A stretch of 64,000 nucleotides of DNA from Eledone cirrhosa (lineage: Eukaryota), in NCBI GenBank assembly GCA_964016885.1, contig OZ024742.1:369024001-369088000 (forward strand), written 5' to 3'. Of the stretch, positions 14,675 through 27,050 are shown in pieces. The position numbers and the translations under genes are program-made. A model generated the notes under the pieces. That model worked only from the letters and a program-made list of their open reading frames with translations, did no database searches and was not told the origin of the DNA. Within the stretch, counting starts at the first letter, position 1. The number at the start of each line of letters is the position of its first letter.

Positions 14675-14890
14675 TGTACACTGCCACACACCCTGGGTGG
14701 GGCTGTGTGCGTGGGAGTGTACACTGCCACACACCCTTTGTGGTTGTGTGCGTGGGAGTGTACACTGCCAAACAGCCTGGGTGTGGGGGTAGTGTACACT
14801 GCCACACACCCTGTGTTTGTGTGTGTGTGTGTGGGGAGGGGGGGGGGGGGGGGTTAGTACACTGCCAAACACCCTGGGTGTGTGTGGCAG
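14675..14890. repeat. Short degenerate tandem repeat (~40 bp, GTACACTGCCACACACCC core, ~4 copies)
   Basis: GTACACTGCCA recurs at ~14676, 14719, 14760, 14794 and 14857, separated by GT-rich spacers. Confidence 0.75.
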
Positions 14891-14924
14891 CGTGTGTACA
14901 CAAAATGACATTATACAGCACACA

Positions 14925-17900
14925 CTAAACTCTACACTGTTCACACTACACTCTACACACTGTTCACTCTACACAGTTCACACTGTTCATACTACACTGT
15001 TCATACTACACACTGTTCATACTACACACGGTTCACTCTACACACTGTTCCCTCTACACACTGTTCCCTCTACACACTGTTCACTCTACACACTGTTCAC
15101 ACTACACACTGTTCCCTCTACACACTGTTCACACTACACACTGTTCACACTACACACTGTTCCCTCTACACACTGTTCCCTCTACACACTGTTCCCTCTA
15201 CACACTGTTCACACTACACACTGTTCCCTCTACACACTGTTCACACTACACACTACACACTTGTCACTCTACACTGTTCACACTACATACTCTACACACA
15301 CTGTTCACTCTACACACACTACACACTGTTCACTCTACACACTGTTCCCTCTACACACTGTTCACTCTACACACTACACACTTGTCACTCTACACTGTTC
15401 ACACTACATACTCTACACACACTGTTCACTCTACACACACTACACACTGTTCCCTCTACACACTGTTCCCTCTACACACTGTTCCCTCTACACACTGTTC
15501 ACACTACACACTGTTCACACTACACACTGTTCACACTACACACTGTTCCCTCTACACACTGTTCACACTACACACTGTTCCCTCTACACACTGTTCCCTC
15601 TACACACTGTTCCCTCTACACACTGTTCCCTCTACACACTGTTCACACTACACACTGTTCACACTACACACTGTTCACACTACACACTGTTCACACTACA
15701 CACTGTTCCCTCTACACACTGTTCACACTACACACTGTTCCCTCTACACACTGTTCCCTCTACACACTGTTCCCTCTACACACTGTTCACACTACACACT
15801 GTTCACACTACACACTGTTCACACTACACACTTGTCACTCTACACTGTTCACACTACATACTCTACACACACTGTTCACTCTACACACACTACACACTGT
15901 TCCCTCTACACACTGTTCCCTCTACACACTGTTCCCTCTACACACTGTTCACACTACACACTGTTCACACTACACACTGTTCACACTACACACTGTTCCC
16001 TCTACACACTGTTCACACTACACACTGTTCCCTCTACACACTGTTCCCTCTACACACTGTTCCCTCTACACACTGTTCCCTCTACACACTGTTCACACTA
16101 CACACTGTTCACACTACACACTGTTCACACTACACACTGTTCCCTCTACACACTGTTCACACTACACACTGTTCACACTACACACTGTTCACACTACACA
16201 CTGTTCCCTCTACACACTGTTCCCTCTACACACTGTTCACACTACACACTGTTCACACTACACACTGTTCACACTACACACTGTTCCCTCTACACACTGT
16301 TCACACTACACACTGTTCCCTCTACACACTGTTCCCTCTACACACTGTTCCCTCTACACACTGTTCCCTCTACACACTGTTCACACTACACACTGTTCAC
16401 ACTACACACTGTTCACACTACACACTGTTCCCTCTACACACTGTTCACACTACACACTGTTCCCTCTACACACTGTTCCCTCTACACACTGTTCCCTCTA
16501 CACACTGTTCCCTCTACACACTGTTCACACTACACACTGTTCCCTCTACACACTGTTCACACTACACACTGTTCACACTACACACTGTTCACACTACACA
16601 CTGTTCACACTACACACTGTTCCCTCTACACACTGTTCCCTCTACACACTGTTCCCTCTACACACTGTTCACACTACACACTGTTCACACTACACACTGT
16701 TCACACTACACACTGTTCCCTCTACACACTGTTCCCTCTACACACTGTTCCCTCTACACACTGTTCCCTCTACACACTGTTCACACTACACACTGTTCCC
16801 TCTACACACTGTTCCCTCTACACACTGTTCCCTCTACACACTGTTCCCTCTACACACTGTTCACACTACACACTGTTCACACTACACACTGTTCACACTA
16901 CACACTGTTCCCTCTACACACTGTTCCCTCTACACACTGTTCCCTCTACACACTGTTCCCTCTACACACTGTTCACACTACACACTGTTCACACTACACA
17001 CTGTTCACACTACACACTGTTCACACTACACACTGTTCCCTCTACACACTGTTCCCTCTACACACTGTTCCCTCTACACACTGTTCCCTCTACACACTGT
17101 TCACACTACACACTGTTCACACTACACACTGTTCACACTACACACTGTTCACACTACACACTGTTCCCTCTACACACTGTTCCCTCTACACACTGTTCCC
17201 TCTACACACTGTTCACACTACACACTGTTCACACTACACACTGTTCACACTACACACTTGTCACTCTACACACTGTTCACACTACACACTGTTCACACTA
17301 CACACTTGTCACTCTACACTGTTCACACTACATACTCTACACACACTGTTCACTCTACACACACTACACACTGTTCCCACTACACACTGTTCCCTCTACA
17401 CACTGTTCACACTACACACTGTTCACACTACACACTGTTCACACTACACACTGTTCACACTACACACTGTTCCCTCTACACTGTTCACACTACATACTCT
17501 ACACACACTGTTCACTCTACACACACTACACACTGTTCCCTCTACACACTGTTCACACTACACACTGTTCACACTACACACTGTTCACACTACACACTGT
17601 TCCCTCTACACACTGTTCCCTCTACACACTGTTCCCTCTACACACTGTTCACACTACACACTGTTCACACTACACACTGTTCACACTACACACTTGTCAC
17701 TCTACACTGTTCACACTACATACTCTACACACACTGTTCACTCTACACACTCTACACACTGTTCACTTTACACACTGTTCACACTACATACTGTTCACTC
17801 TACACACTGTTCACTCTACACACTACACTGTTCACACTACACACTGTTCACACTACATACTTTTCACTCTACACACTGTTCACCCTACACACACTTCACT

Positions 17901-18115
17901 CTACACACATTTGTCACTCTACACTGTTCTCTGACACTGTTCACACTACATACTCTACACACACTGTTCACTCTACACACACTACACACTGTTCACTCTA
18001 CATACTCTACACACACTGTTCACTCTACACACACTACACACTGTTCACTCTACATACTCTACACACACTGTTCACTCTACACACACTACACACTGTTCAC
18101 TCTACACACACACTG
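14925..18115. repeat. 16-bp minisatellite with two variants (ACACACTGTTCCCTCT / ACACACTGTTCACACT)
   Basis: Read directly from the sequence. The edges are degenerate and the centre is homogeneous. It explains the HTVHTTHCSLY-type ORFs in all three + frames. Confidence 0.97.
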
Positions 18116-18229
18116 CCAATCACTTATATATATAACAACTGTAATGTTTCTGTAATTTCTTCTGCAGTACTAGAGAAGACCTGCAACATACAATATGGCC
18201 TGATACAGTTGCATAAAGGCCTGACAGCC

Positions 18230-18425
18230 TCCCTAGTGCTGGTGATCTACATGATAAATACACCCTGTACACTCTGTAAAGTGGTAATGTTGGTGACATG
18301 ATAAATACACCCAGTACACTCTGTAAAGTGGTTGATGATAGGAAGGACATCCAGCCATAGAAAGCTTTCCATAGTTGTGTGAAAAACATGACAGCCTTCC
18401 CTGTGTACTCGGACAACAGATCCAT
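18230..18425 (+). mobile_element. Degenerate SINE / RTE-3'UTR-like remnant
   Basis: CACCCAGTACACTCTGTAAAGTGGTTGATGATAGGAAGGACATCCAGCCATAGAAA matches the RTE 3' UTR at ~61675-61735 (CACCCAGCACTCACTGTAAATGAGGTTGGTGTTAGGAAGGGCATCCAGCTGTAGAAA). Confidence 0.6.
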
Positions 18426-18498
18426 GGCTTGTCTCACCACCACCATCATCACCACTGTCTCCACCACCAATAACAGCCACTGCCACACCATCACCACC

Positions 18499-21400
18499 AC
18501 TACTACTACTGGTACTATAGGGGATCCCTGCTGTATTGATACTACTACTACTGCTGGTACTACTACTGGTACTATAGGGGATCCCTGCTGTATTGATACT
18601 ACTACTGGTACTGCTGCTGCTACTACTACTACTGGTACTATAGGGGATCCCTGCTGTATTGATACTACTACTGGTACTGCTGCTGCTACTACTACTGGTA
18701 CTATAGGGGATCCCTGCTGTATTGATACTACTACTGGTACTGCTGCTGCTACTACTACTGGTACTATAGGGGATCCCTGCTGTATTGATACTACTACTGG
18801 TACTGCTGCTGCTACTACTACTACTGGTACTATAGGGGATCCCTGCTGTATTGATACTACTACTGGTATTGCTGCTGCTACTACTACTGGTACTATAGGG
18901 GATCCCTGCTGTATTGATACTACTACTGGTATTGCTGCTGCTACTACTACTGGTACTATAGGGGATCCCTGCTGTATTGATACTACTACTGGTATTGCTG
19001 CTGCTACTACTACTGGTACTATAGGGGATCCCTGCTGTATTGATACTACTACTGGTACTGCTGCTGCTACTACTACTACTGGTACTATAGGGGATCCCTG
19101 CTGTATTGATACTACTACTGGTACTGCTGCTGCTACTACTACTGGTACTATAGGGGATCCCTGCTGTATTGATACTACTACTGGTACTGCTGCTGCTACT
19201 ACTACTGGTACTATAGGGGATCCCTGCTGTATTGATACTACTACTGGTACTGCTGCTGCTACTACTACTGGTACTATAGGGGATCCCTGCTGTATTGATA
19301 CTACTACTGGTACTGCTGCTGCTACTACTACTGGTACTATAGGGGATCCCTGCTGTATTGATACTACTACTGGTACTGCTGCTGCTACTACTACTGGTAC
19401 TATAGGGGATCCCTGCTGTATTGATACTACTACTGGTATTGCTGCTGCTACTACTACTGGTACTATAGGGGATCCCTGCTGTATTGATACTACTACTGGT
19501 ACTGCTGCTGCTACTACTACTGGTACTATAGGGGATCCCTGCTGTATTGATACTACTACTGGTACTGCTACTACTACTGGTACTACTACTACTGCTGCTA
19601 CTACTACTGGTACTATAGGGGATCCCTGCTGTATTGATACTACTACTGGTACTGCTGCTGCTACTACTACTACTGGTACTATAGGGGATCCCTGCTGTAT
19701 TGATACTACTACTGGTACTGCTGCTGCTACTACTACTGGTACTATAGGGGATCCCTGCTGTATTGATACTACTACTGGTACTGCTGCTGCTACTACTACT
19801 GGTACTATAGGGGATCCCTGCTGTATTGATACTACTACTGGTACTGCTGCTGCTACTACTACTGGTACTATAGGGGATCCCTGCTGTATTGATACTACTA
19901 CTGGTACTGCTGCTGCTACTACTACTGGTACTATAGGGGATCCCTGCTGTATTGATACTACTACTGGTACTGCTGCTGCTACTACTACTGGTACTATAGG
20001 GGATCCCTGCTGTATTGATACTACTACTGGTACTGCTGCTGCTACTACTACTGGTACTATAGGGGATCCCTGCTGTATTGATACTACTACTGGTACTGCT
20101 GCTGCTACTACTACTGGTACTATAGGGGATCCCTGCTGTATTGATACTACTACTGGTACTGCTGCTGCTACTACTACTGGTACTATAGGGGATCCCTGCT
20201 GTATTGATACTACTACTGGTACTGCTGCTGCTACTACTACTGGTACTATAGGGGATCCCTGCTGTATTGATACTACTACTGGTACTGCTACTACTACTGG
20301 TACTACTACTACTGCTGCTACTACTACTGGTACTATAGGGGATCCCTGCTGTATTGATACTACTACTGGTACTGCTGCTGCTACTACTACTGGTACTATA
20401 GGGGATCCCTGCTGTATTGATACTACTACTGGTACTGCTGCTGCTACTACTACTGGTACTATAGGGGATCCCTGCTGTATTGATACTACTACTGGTACTG
20501 CTGCTGCTACTACTACTGGTACTATAGGGGATCCCTGCTGTATTGATACTACTACTGGTACTGCTACTACTACTGGTACTACTACTACTGCTGCTACTAC
20601 TACTGGTACTATAGGGGATCCCTGCTGTATTGATACTACTACTGGTACTGCTGCTGCTACTACTACTGGTACTATAGGGGATCCCTGCTGTATTGATACT
20701 ACTACTGGTACTGCTACTACTACTGGTACTACTACTACTGCTGCTACTACTACTGGTACTATAGGGGATCCCTGCTGTATTGATACTACTACTGGTACTG
20801 CTGCTGCTACTACTACTGGTACTATAGGGGATCCCTGCTGTATTGATACTACTACTGGTACTGCTACTACTACTGGTACTACTACTACTGCTGCTACTAC
20901 TACTGGTACTATAGGGGATCCCTGCTGTATTGATACTACTACTGGTACTGCTACTACTACTGGTACTACTACTACTGCTGCTACTACTACTGGTACTATA
21001 GGGGATCCCTGCTGTATTGATACTACTACTGGTACTGCTGCTGCTACTACTACTGGTACTATAGGGGATCCCTGCTGTATTGATACTACTACTGGTACTG
21101 CTACTACTACTGGTACTACTACTACTGCTGCTACTACTACTGGTACTATAGGGGATCCCTGCTGTATTGATACTACTACTGGTACTGCTGCTGCTACTAC
21201 TACTGGTACTATAGGGGATCCCTGCTGTATTGATACTACTACTGGTACTGCTACTACTACTGGTACTACTACTACTGCTGCTACTACTACTGGTACTATA
21301 GGGGATCCCTGCTGTATTGATACTACTACTGGTACTGCTGCTGCTACTACTACTACTGGTACTATAGGGGATCCCTGCTGTATTGATACTACTACTGGTA

Positions 21401-22420
21401 CTGCTGCTGCTACTACTACTGGTACTATAGGGGATCCCTGCTGTATTGATACTACTACTGGTACTGCTGCTGCTACTACTACTGGTACTATAGGGGATCC
21501 CTGCTGTATTGATACTACTACTGGTACTGCTGCTGCTACTACTACTGGTACTATAGGGGATCCCTGCTGTATTGATACTACTACTGGTACTGCTGCTGCT
21601 ACTACTACTGGTACTATAGGGGATCCCTGCTGTATTGATACTACTACTGGTACTGCTGCTGCTACTACTACTGGTACTATAGGGGATCCCTGCTGTATTG
21701 ATACTACTACTGGTACTGCTGCTGCTACTACTACTGGTACTATAGGGGATCCCTGCTGTATTGATACTACTACTGGTACTGCTGCTGCTACTACTACTGG
21801 TACTATAGGGGATCCCTGCTGTATTGATACTACTACTGGTACTGCTGCTGCTACTACTACTGGTACTATAGGGGATCCCTGCTGTATTGATACTACTACT
21901 GGTACTGCTGCTGCTACTACTACTGGTACTATAGGGGATCCCTGCTGTATTGATACTACTACTGGTACTGCTGCTGCTACTACTACTGGTACTATAGGGG
22001 ATCCCTGCTGTATTGATACTACTACTGGTACTGCTGCTGCTACTACTACTGGTACTATAGGGGATCCCTGCTGTATTGATACTACTACTGGTACTGCTGC
22101 TGCTACTACTACTGGTACTATAGGGGATCCCTGCTGTATTGATACTACTACTGGTACTGCTACTACTACTGGTACTACTACTACTGCTGGTACTACTACT
22201 GGTACTATAGGGGATCCCTGCAGTATTGATACTACTACTACTGGTTCTACTACTACCACCACTATTGATACAACTACTACTACTACTACCACTACTGATA
22301 CAATAACTACTACTACTACCACTACTGATACAACAACAACTACTAATACTACCAGTACTGATACAACAACCACCACCACCACCACCACCACCACCACTAC
22401 TACTACTACTACTACAGCTT
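18499..22420. repeat. 60-bp (ACT/GCT)-based minisatellite with one BamHI site per unit; 63- and ~81-bp variants; decays into (ACT)n/(ACC)n at both ends
   Basis: Unit GGTACTATAGGGGATCCCTGCTGTATTGATACTACTACTGGTACTGCTGCTGCTACTACTACT, about 57 copies, near-identical. Confidence 0.97.
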
Positions 22421-22519
22421 CAGTATTATTTACTTCCTTTCAGCTATTTCATTTCTAGAATGTCCCATTAGGACATCCTATTAAAAATGTCTGGATATTT
22501 GTTCCAGCTGTGTTCTCAT

Positions 22520-22600
22520 TTTAAATCCTGCCAAGGTCAACTTTGCCTTTTATCCTTTCAAGGTTGATAAAATACCAGTGAAATACTGGGGTTGCTTCTC
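22520..22600 (+). mobile_element. SINE fragment (cephalopod OK/OR-SINE-like core)
   Basis: AAATCCTGCCAAGGTCAACTTTGCCTTTTATCCTTTCAAGGTTGATAAAATACCAGT. Related copies lie at ~30780-30855 (+) and ~32425-32510 (-). The family name is from recall. Confidence 0.55.
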
Positions 22601-22616
22601 CCTCATGTGTATGTAG

Positions 22617-22652
<36 letters not shown>

Positions 22653-23339
22653 AAGTGAGTCCTTCATCAGTGACCCTCCAACCGTCCTCGGCATTTCATC
22701 GCTTTAAGGGCCATATGCCTCAGGTTGGTGCGAACAACGGCTAAAAAAAGTCGTTGGGACACGTAAATAAAGGGGGACGGTAGAGTAACAACAAAAAGGT
22801 TTAAGCAACGGAAAGTGAGTAGAAATAGACAAGTCCCAGATCTCTATGAATATAAACTCTGTGAAATCGTGAACAAGAGACGAAAGACCATCAGACCTGG
22901 TTGAAATGTGAGCAAGGAAAGAATTTCGCCCAAGTTTGACGGGGTGGGAAAAAGAGAGAGAGAAAGAAAAAGGAGAGAAGAGGAAGAAGAAGAAGAAGAA
23001 GATAAGGGGGTCTGGTCTACGAATTCGGTAAACGCAAGTTTTGTGAAGTCGCAGACGAAAGAGAGAGAGAAAAAAATTCCATACCAGCTCGGTCAAGACT
23101 GCGCGAGAAAAGAATTACACACAGGTCAAACTTGAAGGAGGAGGAGGAAAGAGGAGGAGGAGAGGTAGTGACAGAGAATGAGTGAGTGAAAGTTGAGGAG
23201 GAGAGGGTAACAGAGAGGGAGACTGCTAGAAGTGGTAAAGATACAAGGAACGAAACAGACGAAGGCAACATGGAAAAGTTATATGTGTAAATATGATGAT
23301 AATAATGGAGCTGCGGCGTTGCAAATGGGATACATATAT

Positions 23340-24985
23340 ATGAAAAATGGTAAGGCTGCCGGACCATCGGGAATAGTTGCTGAGATGCTGAAGGCATCAG
23401 GGGACGTAGGCACTAAACTGGTTGCATGCATCATCAATCAGGCTATATATGGTGGTGTCATACCCAAAGACTGGTGCAGCAGTATTCTCATAAATTGCTA
23501 CAAAGGTAAAGGGGATGCTCTGGAGAGGAGCAATTATAGGGGTATAAAACTGATAGATCAGGTTATGAAAGTGGCAGAAAGGATTTTAGCACAACTAATT
23601 AGAGAAAGGGTCAAACTAGATGAGATGCAGTTTGGTTTTGTGCCTGGAAAGAGTACAACAGATGCCCTCTTCTTGGTGAGACAATTGCAAGAGAGGTTCT
23701 TAGAGAAGAATAAGCCACTATACTTAGCCTTTGTTGACCTAGAGAAGGCCTTTGATAGGGTACCCCGATCTGTCATCTGGTGGTCCCTAAGGAAAGTATG
23801 GGTGTTGAGGAATGGCTTGTGAGGACAGTGCAAACTTTGTACAGAGGTACTCTCAGTAAAGTCAGGGTAGGAATGGAGTTTAGTGAGGAATTCCAGATAC
23901 AAGTAGGAGTACATCAGGGTTCGGTCTTGTTCATTATAGTCCTCCAAGCCATAACAGAGGAGTTTAAGACTGGCTGTCCATGGGAACTTCTCTATGCTGA
24001 CGATCTGGTTCTTATAGCAGAATCAGTAGAGGAGCTAGAGAATAAATTCTGGCTATGGAAACAGCAGTTGGAAGCAAGAGGACTGAGAGTGAACCTAGCT
24101 AAGACAAAAGTGTTGATGAGTAGAAAAGAGGACAAAACCCTGATTCCGTCAGGGAAATGGCCATGTTCGATATGCAGAAAAGGAACTGGCATAAATTCTA
24201 TAAAATGCACACAATGCAGATCCTGGGTACACAAGAGATGTAGCGGAATAGCAGGCAAACTAACAGGTAGGGAGAAATATGTATGCAGATGTACAGGGAA
24301 ATTAGACAGTAGAAGTCGCATTGATAGACATATTTTTCAAATGCAGGAGGGCGCTATAGAAGTGGTGGATAGCTTCCGGTACCTAGGAGATCAGATTAGC
24401 ATGGGAGGAGGGTGTTCCGAGGCCATAGTATCTAGAATAAGGACGGGTTGGAAGAAGATTAGGGAGCTGCTTCCTCTGTTGACGAAGAAGGGTTTCTCCC
24501 TGCATACGAAAGGTCGGTTGTATGATGCCTGTGTGAGGAGCGCGATGCTGCATGGTAGTGAGACATGGGCAGCAACTGCAGAGGATATGCGACGGCTGGA
24601 GAGAAATGAGGCAAGCATGCTCCGTTGGATGTGCAGTGTAAATGTGCGTGAACGACCCAGCATAAATGTGATGAGAGAGAAACTGTGTCTGAGAGGGATA
24701 GAATGTAGTGTACGGGAGAGGAGACTGAGGTGGTATGGACATGTGATGCGCATGGAGGATGACCGATGGGTGAAGAAAGGCCAGGAAATGCCAGTTGAAG
24801 GAAGACGTGGTAGAGGTAGACCACGAAAAACATGGGCGGAGGTGGTGAGAAAAGACCTCAGATCATTGAAGCTCACGGAGATGACGAAGGACCGTGACGA
24901 GTGGAGAGATGCTGTGCTGAATAAGACCCGTCCCACCCTTGCAAGCAGGGAAAAGCGGACGTAAAATGATGATGATGATGATGAT
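23340..24985 (+). mobile_element. 5'-truncated RTE-BovB-like LINE (RT + C-terminal domain), frameshifted pseudogene
   Basis: Motifs GKAAGPSGI, YKGKGD..NYRGIKL, MQFGF.PGKSTTDA, FVDLEKAFDRVPR, GVHQGS, LLYADDL, LRWYGHVMR and GRPRKTW. Frameshift near 23795, stop at 24964, (GAT)n tail. Confidence 0.95.
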
Positions 24986-25084
24986 ATATATATATAAGTA
25001 GAAGGGATATTTAATTTGTTGGAGATTCAACAAATATAAATGTTTATAACTGATTCAGAGCACTCAACAATTTCTGGAGTATAA

Positions 25085-25338
25085 TATTCAATGATATTAA
25101 ATAAATGGAAACTATATTTATAAAACCATATTTATTCTATTATATATATTTCAAGAGTACCAAAAACTTTGGTACGCTTTCATCAGATAAAATACAAAGT
25201 GTGTTTTATAAATTTTGATATAGCCAACGAAACACACCTTATCAGTTGAATTTTCCTTGGATAGTGAATTTAAAGAACGGATTTTTTAAAATTCTTAGGA
25301 TGAGTATGCAAATGAATATGTAAATGAGGTTGACTTAT
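25085..25338 (-). mobile_element. Penelope-like pLTR fragment, left arm of an inverted pair
   Basis: It is the reverse complement of 25850-26105 and contains a hammerhead core. Confidence 0.7.
25133..25194 (-). ncRNA. Minimal type-I hammerhead ribozyme
   Basis: Minus strand reads UAUUUUAU-CUGAUGA-AAGCGUACCAAA(GUU)UUUGGUACUCUU-GAAA-UAUAUA-UA^AUAGAAUA. Stem I has 8 bp (one G-U), stem II has 11 of 12 bp paired, and stem III is minimal and palindromic. Confidence 0.85.
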
Positions 25339-25698
25339 CATCATCATCATCATTTTACGTCCGCTTTTCCCTGCTTGCAAGGGTGGGACGGGTCTTATTC
25401 AGCACAGCATCTCTCCACTCGTCACGGTGCCTCGTCATCTCCACCGTGAGCTTCAATGATCTGAGGTCTGTTCTCACCACCTCCGCCCATGTTTTTCGTG
25501 GTCTACCTCTACCACGTCTTCCTTCAACTGGCATTTCCTGGCACTTCTTCACCCATCGGTCATCCTCCATGCGCATCACATGTCCATACCACCTCAGTCT
25601 CCTCTCCTGTACACTACATTCTATCCCTCTCAGACACAGTTTCTCTCTCAACACATTTATGCTGGGTCGTTCACGCACATTTACATTGCACATCCAAC
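25337..25698 (-). mobile_element. RTE-BovB-like 3' fragment, same family as 23340-24985, inverted
   Basis: ORF ...RRLRWYGHVMRMEDDRWVKKCQEMPVEGRRGRGRPRKTW...REKRT*, followed by a (GAT)n tail. Nearly identical to 24625-24985. Confidence 0.95.
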
Positions 25699-25849
25699 TT
25701 ATATGATTGAAAAACCGTTATTTTAAACGCTATGGAAAGTTTAGATATATTAATAGGAGAGAAAGAAAGAAAAAGGAAAAGGAAAAAGAAAAATGAAGAC
25801 CACATATATAGGTTAATTTTTGGAAAAAAAAAAAAATATATATATATAT

Positions 25850-26105
25850 ATAACTCAACCTCATTTACATATTCATTTGCATACTCATCCTAACAATTTT
25901 GAAAAATCCGTTCTTTAAATTCACTATCCAAGAAAACTTCAACTGATAAGGTATGTTTCCTGGGCTATGTCAATATTTATAAAACACACTTTGTATTTCA
26001 TCTGATGAAAGCGTACTAAAGTTTTTGGTACCCTTGAAATATATATAATAGAATAAATATGGTTTTATAAATATAGTTTCCATTTACTCAATATCATTGT
26101 ATATA
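25850..26105 (+). mobile_element. Penelope-like pLTR fragment, right arm of the inverted pair
   Basis: Inverted copy of 25085-25338, flanked by (TA)n. Confidence 0.7.
25994..26055 (+). ncRNA. Minimal type-I hammerhead ribozyme (second copy)
   Basis: TATTTCAT-CTGATGA(26002-26008)-AAGCGTACTAAAGTTTTTGGTACCCTT-GAAA(26036-26039)-TATATA-TA^ATAGAATA. One C-A mismatch in stem I. Confidence 0.8.
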
Positions 26106-26234
26106 TAAGCTCTCTTGCAATGGATTGAGCATTGTTTTCCTTCACCTTTTATCTACGGATATCCTGTGTAGACATACTTGAAGGCGGCTGCCGGGAGTAG
26201 CAACTGCTCATTTTTGGTCACCATATATATATCC

Positions 26235-26472
26235 TCATCGTTGTTTAATGTTTATCTTCCAAGCTAGCCTGGCTTAGACGGGTTTGTCCCATTTAGAGGC
26301 AAGTTGTGTCAGGTGACTGTGTCTCACTCATATAGGACTGTTTCTGGCTGGTTTTCTACAGTTGGATGCCCTTCCTAGCACCAACCTCATTTACAGTGTG
26401 TGCTGGGTGCTTTTTGCCATGTCTTTTGCACGACCATTTTACAGTATGGGCTGGATGTTTTGTGGTGCCAAC
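26235..26472 (-). mobile_element. Degenerate RTE 3' UTR / RTE-tailed SINE
   Basis: TTTTCTACAGTTGGATGCCCTTCCTAGCACCAACCTCATTTACAGTGTGTGCTGGGTGCTTTTT is the reverse complement of the 3' UTR at ~61670-61735. Confidence 0.7.
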
Positions 26473-26483
26473 ATAATATATAT

Positions 26484-26937
26484 ATACAATATGTTGAAAA
26501 GGTAACACACTAGAGAGAGATATACAGTGCGCTATCAATAAAACAGGGTAAAACTACCAGTGTATGGAATCTATAACCTATGAAAGGCAAACTATAGACA
26601 CGATAATTAAAAATATAAATTAAAGCGTAAATAAATACCTCTATAACTATATAACACACGTACAAATCCAAAGAGATCTGTTTCGCCAGTAAGTTGTAAG
26701 AACCGGGGTTATTCCATTTCTGTCAACAACTTACTGGCGAAACAGATCTCTTTGGATTTGTACGTGTGTTATATAGTTATAGAGGTATTTATTTACGCTT
26801 TAATTTATATTTTTAATTATCGTGTCTATAGTTTGCCTTTCATAGGTTATAGACTCCATACACTGGTAGTTTTACCCTGTTTTATTGATAGCGCACTGTA
26901 TATCTCTCTGGTGTGTTACCTTTTCAACATATTGTAT
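26484..26937. repeat. Long near-perfect inverted repeat (arms 26484-26697 and 26726-26937, 28-nt spacer)
   Basis: The arms are reverse complements, for example CAAATCCAAAGAGATCTGTTTCGCCAGTAAGTTGT and ACAACTTACTGGCGAAACAGATCTCTTTGGATTTG. I saw only a few differences. Confidence 0.95.
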
Positions 26938-27019
26938 TTTAAAGAGCTCAGGATTTCCTCTCCTTTGAGCACATTATTGACAGGGAATAGCGAGAGTCTA
27001 TGGCTCCATTAATTTATCA

Positions 27020-27050
<31 letters not shown>

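Noticed and set aside
14817-18301. 1112-aa, 850-aa and 347-aa His/Thr-rich ORFs
   Set aside because: The 16-bp unit lacks stops on +, so all three frames give the same cyclic peptide. This is a repeat artefact.
18120-22397. 1425-aa Val-rich minus-strand ORF
   Set aside because: It is the antisense reading of the ACT/GCT-based minisatellite and has no domain features.
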